Source: a virus. Taken from it: 64,000 bases of DNA. A model generated the notes under the pieces. The model made no database searches, had not been told where the DNA came from, and saw only the letters and a program-made list of their open reading frames with translations. The stretch covers positions 32,001 to 96,000 of the IMG/VR virus record IMGVR_UViG_3300027833_001604; one strand, given 5' to 3'. The position numbers were made by a program, and so were the translations under genes. Each line of letters begins with the position of its first letter. Position 1 is the stretch's first letter. Of the stretch, positions 56,852 to 64,000 are shown in pieces.

Positions 56852-57284
56852 TTATTAAGTTACTCCATTTCTTTAATTTGTTTCTTTTGACTAATGCACG
56901 TTTGTTTAGATCATCCATAGTAAACATACCATGTTCAATCATTAATTCTAACATACAAAATACATCGCCTGCTTCTTCGATTAACTTTGTGCGATTAGTT
57001 GTTGCATTATTTTTCTTACTAGTTGCTTCTTCAATTGTATTAAATTTTCTAACTGTTTTACTGCATAGTTGTGTTAGTTCACCACATTCTTCTGCTGTAA
57101 TAATCATTAGTTGTTGCAATGTATTAAGTGGATGCGTTTCACGTGCTTGAGCTTCTTCATGCTTCTGTGCTTTGTTATTAAATAAATCTATTGGATATTC
57201 TTCATTCATTCTGCGCCTCATATAATCATCATAGCTTTCACGTTGACCTTCGCCGTTTAACGGATTGCCTTTGCTATATTCCAT
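56841..57284 (-). CDS. MazG-like NTP pyrophosphohydrolase
   Basis: 'EECGEL..EEAGDV'. Confidence 0.8.
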   Translation of the reverse strand: MEYSKGNPLNGEGQRESYDDYMRRRMNEEYPIDLFNNKAQKHEEAQARETHPLNTLQQLMIITAEECGELTQLCSKTVRKFNTIEEATSKKNNATTNRTKLIEEAGDVFCMLELMIEHGMFTMDDLNKRALVKRNKLKKWSNLINET

Positions 57285-57505
57285 TAATGTATTGTCCTAT
57301 TATTAATTGGTGTTAAGTTGTCTGTTATCTGATCACCGTATATCATACCTAATATAACTAGTATTGTTTCTGGCACTTGATCGAAATCCTCTATTTCAAA
57401 CGGAGCAAATAACCCTTGAAACGATCCATCAGATTTAATCACTATTGCATACTCATCATCTTCGAGCCAATCATTAATCTTACCTTCTCGTTTCTCTTCT
57501 GCCAT
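57284..57505 (-). CDS. small hypothetical protein
   Basis: 73 aa, ends 'RTIH'. Confidence 0.7.
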   Translation of the reverse strand: MAEEKREGKINDWLEDDEYAIVIKSDGSFQGLFAPFEIEDFDQVPETILVILGMIYGDQITDNLTPINNRTIH

Positions 57506-57529
57506 ACTTTGCCTTTTTTATTATATACA

Positions 57530-57558
57530 ATTATATACGATTTTATATGATTAGTCAA
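57530..57558 (-). promoter_or_regulatory. sigma70 promoter
   Basis: TTGACT-N17-TATAAT. Confidence 0.7.
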
Positions 57559-57783
57559 CTATTCTTTTTTCTTTAGTTTAAATGTTGGCACACCTGCTAC
57601 AGTATCTTCTTCCCATAACAAAGTATCACCAAGATCCCAACCCATTTGATTTAACATATCAGTTGGCAATTGAATAACTAATTCTTCTGTCTTGCCATCT
57701 TTAATGACTTCTACAGTCCATGTTTGTTGTTTGTTCATTTCTTTTTCTTTCTTATCTCTAACTAGTTTATTCCACCATCCCAT
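57559..57783 (-). CDS. AbrB/MazE-like DNA-binding protein
   Basis: 'LVIQLPTDMLNQMGWDLGDTLLW'. Confidence 0.7.
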   Translation of the reverse strand: MGWWNKLVRDKKEKEMNKQQTWTVEVIKDGKTEELVIQLPTDMLNQMGWDLGDTLLWEEDTVAGVPTFKLKKKE

Positions 57784-57785
57784 AG

Positions 57786-58745
57786 TTAAATCTTCTGTGC
57801 AAATAAACTGCTTACACTTTCTTCATTGTTTACCCTTCTTAGAGCTTCTCCAAACATTTGTGATACGCTTACTACTCTTACTTTAGTAATTTTGTCTGGA
57901 CATTTATATTCAATACTGTCTGTGATTACTAGTTCTTTTAGCACACTTTTCTCAACCTTTTGACATGCTTGGCCAGTAAGAACTCCGTGTGTAATATATG
58001 CTCTAACACTTAATGCGCCGGCGTCCATAATAGCCTTTGCAGCATTACATAGTGTTCCACCACTGTCAATAATGTCATCAACTAGAATAGCGTGGGCGCC
58101 TTTTACTTCACCAATTAGATTCATTACTTCACTAACACCTGCTTTAGGTCTACGCTTGTCTACAATAGCAATATCGCCGCCAAACATATCAGCAAACTTT
58201 CTAGCTCTTACAGTTCCGCCTGCGTCTGGTGAAACAAATACTGTTTCTACTTCATGCACATCACTGTTTTCTTTGTAGAACTGCTTCTTAATATCTCTTG
58301 CAAATGCTATACGACTTGTTAAATCATCTACAGGAATATCAAAGAAGCCCTGTATTTGTCCTGCGTGTAGATCCATTGTAAGGATTCTATCAGCACCGGA
58401 TTCGGTTAGCAGGTTCGCAACAAGTTTAGCTGTAATAGGAGTACGACTAGCACTCTTACGATCCTGCCTTGCATAACCGAAATAAGGTATGACTGCGGTA
58501 ATACGTTTAGCACTGCTACGCTTGGCCGCATCAATCATAATCATTAATTCCATTAAATTATCGTTAACTGGTGTGCTTGTGCTTTGTATAATAAACACAT
58601 CCTCACCTCTAACATTTTCCATAAACTCTACACGACTTTCACCGTCAGCAAATGCTTTAATGTCTGCTGGCACTAATGCAGCAAAGCAATGTTCTGCAAT
58701 CTTTTGTGCTAAGTCAATATTACTGTTTCCTGCGATGATTTTCAT
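57786..58745 (-). CDS. prs: Ribose-phosphate pyrophosphokinase
   Basis: 'FADGE', '[10 protein letters not shown]', '[11 protein letters not shown]', 'VSPDAGG', '[10 protein letters not shown]'. Confidence 0.97.
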   Translation of the reverse strand: MKIIAGNSNIDLAQKIAEHCFAALVPADIKAFADGESRVEFMENVRGEDVFIIQSTSTPVNDNLMELMIMIDAAKRSSAKRITAVIPYFGYARQDRKSASRTPITAKLVANLLTESGADRILTMDLHAGQIQGFFDIPVDDLTSRIAFARDIKKQFYKENSDVHEVETVFVSPDAGGTVRARKFADMFGGDIAIVDKRRPKAGVSEVMNLIGEVKGAHAILVDDIIDSGGTLCNAAKAIMDAGALSVRAYITHGVLTGQACQKVEKSVLKELVITDSIEYKCPDKITKVRVVSVSQMFGEALRRVNNEESVSSLFAQKI

Positions 58746-59023
58746 TTAGAGTCTCCTGGGTTGGGCATTGGATGCCATTGTGTGTTGTATTGCGTTGCAA
58801 CTTCATTTCTTGCATTGCTGGCTGCGACTGCTTTTGCTCTTAGTTTGTCTGCTTGATCTTTTTGCTTAGGACGTTCTAGTTTATTAATAAGTCCTAGTAT
58901 TGAAGTTGCAAACTCTTTGCGTCCTTCAAATATATCTTCAGTTCCATCTGTTAAGCTAGTTACTTTATCGTCAAGTTCTTCTTGGCAAACTTGACGTAAA
59001 ATATCTATTGTATGATCTGTCAT
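58742..59023 (-). CDS. hypothetical protein
   Basis: 93 aa, coupled on both sides. Confidence 0.7.
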   Translation of the reverse strand: MTDHTIDILRQVCQEELDDKVTSLTDGTEDIFEGRKEFATSILGLINKLERPKQKDQADKLRAKAVAASNARNEVATQYNTQWHPMPNPGDSK

Positions 59024-59580
59024 TATTTACTCTCCCAATGTTCATGGCAACGTGGTTCATATGTCTCTGCGCCGCCTACGTTTACTCTGCCACCACTTTT
59101 TCTAAGTCGTTGCGTCTTACTGCATGGTTGTCCACATACATTACAAAATGCAGTAATCTTCATAATACTGTCTGCTAGTGCTAGCAAACGCCCTGTTGTA
59201 TCAAATGGTATTCCTCTGCTGTCTTGATCTAATCCTGCACATACAAAGTTACAACCATTTCGTAATCCTTCTTCAACAAACCACAATGCTTCTTTAGGAT
59301 CAAAGAACTGAATCTCATCAATGAATACTGTGTGAAAGTTATAAGGTTTAATTGTGTAATTGTCTTTTACTAATTCTAAATCAATAACACTAATAGCAGG
59401 GTGACTAAGTTTGTTGTGTGTAACAATCCTATTTGGGTCATATCTGTCGTCTACTAATGGTTTTAGGACTAATGCTTTATGTCCTGAATGCTCTAGAAAG
59501 AGCAGTCGTTTTAACAACTCACTGCTCTTTCCTGCAAACATTGGGCCTGCAATGACCTCTAGTTCACCTCTTTTATACAT
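59023..59580 (-). CDS. tdk: Thymidine kinase (type II)
   Basis: 'GPMFAGKSSELL', 'IDEIQF', 'AGLD', zinc-site 'C..C..YEPRC..H'. Confidence 0.95.
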   Translation of the reverse strand: MYKRGELEVIAGPMFAGKSSELLKRLLFLEHSGHKALVLKPLVDDRYDPNRIVTHNKLSHPAISVIDLELVKDNYTIKPYNFHTVFIDEIQFFDPKEALWFVEEGLRNGCNFVCAGLDQDSRGIPFDTTGRLLALADSIMKITAFCNVCGQPCSKTQRLRKSGGRVNVGGAETYEPRCHEHWESK

Positions 59581-59583
59581 TTA

Positions 59584-62394
59584 TTAAAAGCTCCATGTTA
59601 AGTTAATACCTGCTGTCGTAACTGTTTCGTTTGTGCCTGCATAGTTCAAACGTGCTTCTGCATGTGCTTTTACAAACATGTTGTCTGTTACTTGGAAGTT
59701 ACGGAACACACCTAAGTCTACTTCACGCTTTGTAGCACTTAAATCACTGCTACTAGTTAAGTAATCTAGCTCGCCTGTTGAACTAACTGTGCTTGCTGTA
59801 TTAAACGTTGCAGTGCCATTTGTAATTGCTACTGGCACACTTGCTACAAATCCAAAGTCGCCGTTGCTAACGTTACGTTTGATACCAAGTGTTGCACTAT
59901 TACTTAGCAAGTTACTTGCTGATGTCATCATGCTGTCGCCTACGTTTACTTTAGTAACACCAAACATTGCATTACCAAATAGTGTAACATCTTCTGTTAG
60001 TGCTTTATCTAAGTTGTAGCCTGCATAGAATGTTGTAGCACCGTTAACGTCCATTAATGGATTGTCTGCAACATTACCAAGGAAACTATTACCTTCTGTT
60101 ACTGCGCCAAACATAAATTGGTCTACTGTAGTTGCAATTGCTACACTATCTTCATTAATATTTAGTGCGCCAGCTTCCATTGGAATAACTGTGCCTGCAC
60201 CATATCCAAAGTAATAGTCTGGAGCAAATCCCATATTAGCTGCTTGTGTTGGATCTGCACTACGGGTATCTGCTACGCCAATCATGTCGTTACCATCTAC
60301 ATAAAAGTTACGATCATAATCATCAACTACCATTGTGCTACTAATACTACTAATATGCACACCGCCACTCAATGCAAACGCACCCGAGTCTAAACTACTA
60401 CGAGCACCATCGATACGTCCACTAGTTGGAATACCTACAACACCTTGTGGATTAGTTGCTTCATCTAAATCAAGCAAACCTTGTCCGTGTGTGTTTACAT
60501 CGTAGCCCCAAATATCTTTGTCGGCAGTGTTAAGCAATAGTTTAACAATGTTATCGCCTTTCATGTATGGCCACATTTGATGCACAATACCTACTGCGCC
60601 TGTTACTGCCGGAGCTGCCATTGACGTTCCGCCTAGTGTTCTGTATTCACTATCAACACTTGTAGATGCTACATTGTCACCTGGTGCTAGTATATAGAAA
60701 TCACTAATTCTAGCATCACTTACACACTCGCCGTCTGTGCCGTAACACATTGTTCCAGCTCGGTTACTTCTACGTGACATACTTCCTGATTTAAGATTCC
60801 ATGAACCAACTACAATTGCTTTACCACCTAGCAACAATTCTCCATCTTTGCTAGTTGCTACTGCATAATGAGCCGGGAAGGTTGGAACATCCAATCCTTG
60901 GTTACCTGCAGCAAATACAAGAACTGCTTCGTTGCCTGACATTGCATCTGTAAGTTGTGGCAACATATAATTGTCATCTACTGCTAATCCTGAATAGCCT
61001 TCAAGTGCATATGCTCCATCGTAACGTGAGTCTGTGCTATAAAATACACCATTGCCTGCACTTTGTATACTACGCTTGTATGTCAAGTCTACGTTATAGT
61101 TACCAGATACGTTTATTGCATCTGCACCATTGTTAACTGCCCATTCAATACCTCTACCTAATGCATTAAATTGATAGTATCCATTGTCCCATGCTGTTTT
61201 ACCAATAAGTAGTTTGGCATCTGGAGCAACACCAGTAGTTCCTACACCATCTAAACTAGCGGCCGCAATACCTGCCACGTGTGTTCCGTGTGAATACTTA
61301 TTTTTATCGTCTACTGTTTCGTTTGTGCCTTTGTCAATCAAACGTTGATCGGTGCACATATCTATAAAACATTTGCTGGCAATAATCTTATTAGCAAACT
61401 CTGGGTGATCTAAATCAATACCAGTATCAAGTATTGCTAACACACTGCCTTTACCTGTCCAACCTTTTGCCCAGGCTTCTGGTGCACCAATGGCTTCTAG
61501 GTTGTTTCCATATCGATACATTCCACTTTCGCGTGTAATATAATCTATACCAACATTAGAATTTACATTATGCACTGCATCAATATATGTTTGTGTAGCA
61601 CCTAACGACACATCTTCCATTGCTAAGTATTCTTCTACAGTTAATACACCTTCTGTTTTAATACCCATACCATCGCTTACAACGATCACTGGTTCGTCAA
61701 CTACGTCAACGACAACGACCTCCTCTACAACGACAACGGGTTCTTCTTCAACGACTTCAACAATTTCAACAGGGCGTTCAAGTTCATATGTTCTAACAAA
61801 CTTATGATCAGCTTCGGTTCGAACTACATCTTCTACAACTGTGCTAACTAGCTCAGTGCTGACTTCTGTAGTATTAGCACCATCACTCCAATGTTGTGTA
61901 GTGAATGTGCCTTTGTATGTTTTTGTTGTGACTGTTTTTGTGTATGTGATTGTAATATCTTCATGCACTGAAACTACATAATCTTCTGTAGTTTCTACTT
62001 CAGTAGATGATCGTGAAACAACTTCAGGTGTTTCAGTAACTACTTCGTGTTGATTGTATTTGTATGTTGTATTGATTACAGTTGCTTTTGCGTCAAGAGA
62101 TTCGCCGATTAAGTCTGCGAACTTTTTAATCTCATTCTCGTAAAAGGTTACTGTTTCAACTAGTGTTGCAGCCCAACTGTATTGGCTGTATTTTTCTGCT
62201 AGTGGCTTTAATGTTTTAAGCCCATTTGAGTATGATTTCATCATACTTTTTGCAAAAGTATTCCGAGACTCAATATTTGTTATGTTTGACACCATATCAT
62301 AGTAACTGAATGGTGCCGCATATGTTGGCAACGCAACAAACGACAATGATATTACTGCAATAACAGTAACTATCGCTTTTCTCACAGTATTCAT
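59584..62394 (-). CDS. Subtilisin-like S8 protease with signal peptide and C-terminal beta-barrel (autotransporter-like)
   Basis: D 'ILDTG', H 'HGTHVAG', N 'AAGN', S 'GTSMAAP'; 'GQGLLDL'; C-terminal 'LTWSF'. Confidence 0.9.
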   Translation of the reverse strand: MNTVRKAIVTVIAVISLSFVALPTYAAPFSYYDMVSNITNIESRNTFAKSMMKSYSNGLKTLKPLAEKYSQYSWAATLVETVTFYENEIKKFADLIGESLDAKATVINTTYKYNQHEVVTETPEVVSRSSTEVETTEDYVVSVHEDITITYTKTVTTKTYKGTFTTQHWSDGANTTEVSTELVSTVVEDVVRTEADHKFVRTYELERPVEIVEVVEEEPVVVVEEVVVVDVVDEPVIVVSDGMGIKTEGVLTVEEYLAMEDVSLGATQTYIDAVHNVNSNVGIDYITRESGMYRYGNNLEAIGAPEAWAKGWTGKGSVLAILDTGIDLDHPEFANKIIASKCFIDMCTDQRLIDKGTNETVDDKNKYSHGTHVAGIAAASLDGVGTTGVAPDAKLLIGKTAWDNGYYQFNALGRGIEWAVNNGADAINVSGNYNVDLTYKRSIQSAGNGVFYSTDSRYDGAYALEGYSGLAVDDNYMLPQLTDAMSGNEAVLVFAAGNQGLDVPTFPAHYAVATSKDGELLLGGKAIVVGSWNLKSGSMSRRSNRAGTMCYGTDGECVSDARISDFYILAPGDNVASTSVDSEYRTLGGTSMAAPAVTGAVGIVHQMWPYMKGDNIVKLLLNTADKDIWGYDVNTHGQGLLDLDEATNPQGVVGIPTSGRIDGARSSLDSGAFALSGGVHISSISSTMVVDDYDRNFYVDGNDMIGVADTRSADPTQAANMGFAPDYYFGYGAGTVIPMEAGALNINEDSVAIATTVDQFMFGAVTEGNSFLGNVADNPLMDVNGATTFYAGYNLDKALTEDVTLFGNAMFGVTKVNVGDSMMTSASNLLSNSATLGIKRNVSNGDFGFVASVPVAITNGTATFNTASTVSSTGELDYLTSSSDLSATKREVDLGVFRNFQVTDNMFVKAHAEARLNYAGTNETVTTAGINLTWSF

Positions 62395-62432
62395 AACTAC
62401 ACTCCTATTGTATTTTTATGATTTATACTTAT

Positions 62433-62461
62433 AGTATACAGTAAGACGTCTTGGCTGTCAA
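62433..62461 (-). promoter_or_regulatory. sigma70 promoter with perfect palindrome AAGACGTCTT
   Basis: TTGACA-N17-TATACT; palindrome at 62443-62452. Confidence 0.85.
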
Positions 62462-62469
62462 CCTTTTAT

Positions 62470-63033
62470 TTACATATTATCGTAAAAATCAAACTTTTCG
62501 CTAACAATACCAGTATCTTCTAGTTCATTTTCTAGTGTCTTACGACCATATTCTACACGATATAACAGTTTATCTCCATCAATTTCAACTAATGCTAGGT
62601 TTAGTAAGTGATGGCTAAAATCTTCTTCTTCTAAATATCCTGTGAAGAATGTGCCTTTGCACTCTCGAACACCTTTTAAGTAATGTCCTTTACCTAATGA
62701 ATTGCAATCCATTGTAAATCTTACTGATTCGTCAATTACACTAGATGAGTATACTGTATTATCATCTTCATCGAATACATGCACATGTATGTGACTTGGA
62801 CGTGGTCCAAACACTTCTATAAGCCTGTCTTTTCTATTCTTTGCCATACCTAGAAATAAAGGGTCTTCATAGTCTGTAATTGGATTACCATTTAAATCAG
62901 TTTCTGGATCTTCAAACAAATGACTACGTGTTGCTTCTGCATCTTGCTTGTTCCAAAATTCATATAGTTCTGGGGTGATGCGTCTGATATGTAGGTGGGC
63001 ACCATATCCATTTACTATTACTTTATACTTCAT
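62470..63033 (-). CDS. hypothetical protein, tandem paralog of 63030..63593
   Basis: shared 'SHLF..GNPITD..LFLG..KG.F..VEY.G..L.N'. Confidence 0.8.
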   Translation of the reverse strand: MKYKVIVNGYGAHLHIRRITPELYEFWNKQDAEATRSHLFEDPETDLNGNPITDYEDPLFLGMAKNRKDRLIEVFGPRPSHIHVHVFDEDDNTVYSSSVIDESVRFTMDCNSLGKGHYLKGVRECKGTFFTGYLEEEDFSHHLLNLALVEIDGDKLLYRVEYGRKTLENELEDTGIVSEKFDFYDNM

Positions 63034-63593
63034 ACGACCTCTCTAAATTCGCAACCTGACGCTTTCCCACGGGTATCTCCGCCGTCATTGTCAAGTTCGT
63101 TTCCGTTATATTCAACAGACACTATAATCACATCGCCGTCCATATTAACTGCATGATACTTTAATAGTTTAGGATCAAAGTTATCAGTTTCTATCTCAGC
63201 GGAATAAAAGTTTCCTTTTTCTAGTGTCCAGCCTTTAAAATAAAACCCAGGGTCCTGATCTTCTATGTGGAGTGTGTCCACTAATACATTGTCAGGGTCT
63301 TCAGTTTCGTATACTACTTTACCATCTTCGTCTGTTACTGTTACTTCTAGCATATCTAATTGAGCACCATTGCAATGTTCAATATCATCTAGTTCATACC
63401 ATGGACCCAAGAACAATTCATTCTCTGGATCAGTTATTGGATTGCCATCATCTTCTTCGTATGCATCCCAGAATAGATGACTGAGTGTTCCCTCATCATC
63501 TTCTTTATCTGCCCAATATTCATACTGTGACTTTGTTAGTGTTCCTATTACGGCTTCACCACCTTGTCCTACAATATTAAATTCATATACCAC
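63030..63593 (-). CDS. acidic hypothetical protein, tandem paralog
   Basis: 187 aa, D/E-rich. Confidence 0.8.
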   Translation of the reverse strand: MVYEFNIVGQGGEAVIGTLTKSQYEYWADKEDDEGTLSHLFWDAYEEDDGNPITDPENELFLGPWYELDDIEHCNGAQLDMLEVTVTDEDGKVVYETEDPDNVLVDTLHIEDQDPGFYFKGWTLEKGNFYSAEIETDNFDPKLLKYHAVNMDGDVIIVSVEYNGNELDNDGGDTRGKASGCEFREVV

Positions 63594-63900
63594 TTGGGTT
63601 CTCTCCTAGTTTCTTAAGAAACTTTTTCTGCTCAACTCTTTTTTCAATATCTAATTCTACATCGAAGTTTTTAGTTTTTACCATTTCTTTAATGATATCT
63701 GTTAGTGCTTCAATTTCATATGTTTGTTGGCGTATGGTAGCGGCGACTTTTAATCTATCGCCATTACCTTGTTCTATTGTGATTTCGTTGTGAATTTCCG
63801 AAGATGCGTATATAGTTGATGCACTAACATCAAATACATTGTCGTCGTCCCAAGTAGGGACCATAACATCATAGTTTATTCCAAAATCATCTGGATTCAT
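63583..63900 (-). CDS. hypothetical protein
   Basis: RBS AGGAGA; 105 aa. Confidence 0.7.
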   Translation of the reverse strand: MNPDDFGINYDVMVPTWDDDNVFDVSASTIYASSEIHNEITIEQGNGDRLKVAATIRQQTYEIEALTDIIKEMVKTKNFDVELDIEKRVEQKKFLKKLGENPSGI

Positions 63901-63910
63901 ACTGCTCTCC

Positions 63911-64000
63911 TTAGTCGTTAAAGTAAGTTTCTAACATTTCTAACCGATCATGTGCTGATGCCATTTTATCAAGTTCTATTTGAATAGTTTCCATAATATC
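63911..64000 (-). CDS. partial CDS (C-terminal end; starts beyond the window)
   Basis: ..DIMETIQIELDKMASAHDRLEMLETYFND*. Confidence 0.6.
   Translation of the reverse strand, partial: DIMETIQIELDKMASAHDRLEMLETYFND

Noticed and set aside
1-64000. CRISPR array, tRNA/rRNA, reverse transcriptase/DGR, integrase or transposase
   Set aside because: No regularly spaced repeats, cloverleaf-like segments or relevant protein motifs were seen, and intergenic gaps are short.
1-64000. Bacterial chromosome origin (metK, prs, thyA, clpP, deoD present)
   Set aside because: The RFC-type clamp loader, T4-type RNase H, lone GroES, late-promoter motifs and dense unknown small ORFs point to a large phage.

Overview
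This window is a 64-kb segment of an AT-rich, large ('jumbo') lytic dsDNA phage genome. The host is probably a marine Gram-negative bacterium, possibly an alphaproteobacterium (inference from an outer-membrane autotransporter, a lipoprotein and the look of Prs/MetK). Phage indicators are an RFC-type clamp loader, T4-type RNase H, GroES, ClpP, a MoxR-VWA pair, dense short ORFs, near-consensus sigma70 promoters and T4-like (T/G)ATAAATA late-promoter motifs. Genes are on + from 1 to 17.4 kb and on - from 17.45 to 64 kb, except a two-gene + island at 35.5-37.3 kb. The dominant feature is a tailoring-enzyme complex at about 17.4-42.8 kb with outliers at 1.1, 6.4 and 10.7-12.2 kb. It has 12 radical-SAM enzymes with Twitch/SPASM domains (8 with the Twitch domain N-terminal, one split into two genes), six 2OG-Fe(II)-type oxygenases, an amidinotransferase, a PLP enzyme, an SDR, a methyltransferase, an SGNH protein and a sulfotransferase-like protein. 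The window also encodes plausible support functions: MetK, MTA/SAH nucleosidase, an FTR1 iron permease, a CDGSH Fe-S fusion and a nitroreductase. Other notable items are a six-member sigma70 promoter family with an embedded AAGACRTCTT palindrome, a pseudoknotted 5' leader, a MotA/ExbB-like membrane module, QueE with a 50-aa insert, and nucleotide-metabolism genes. No tRNA, rRNA, CRISPR array, integrase or reverse transcriptase was seen. All calls come from motif reading only; no database searches were run.
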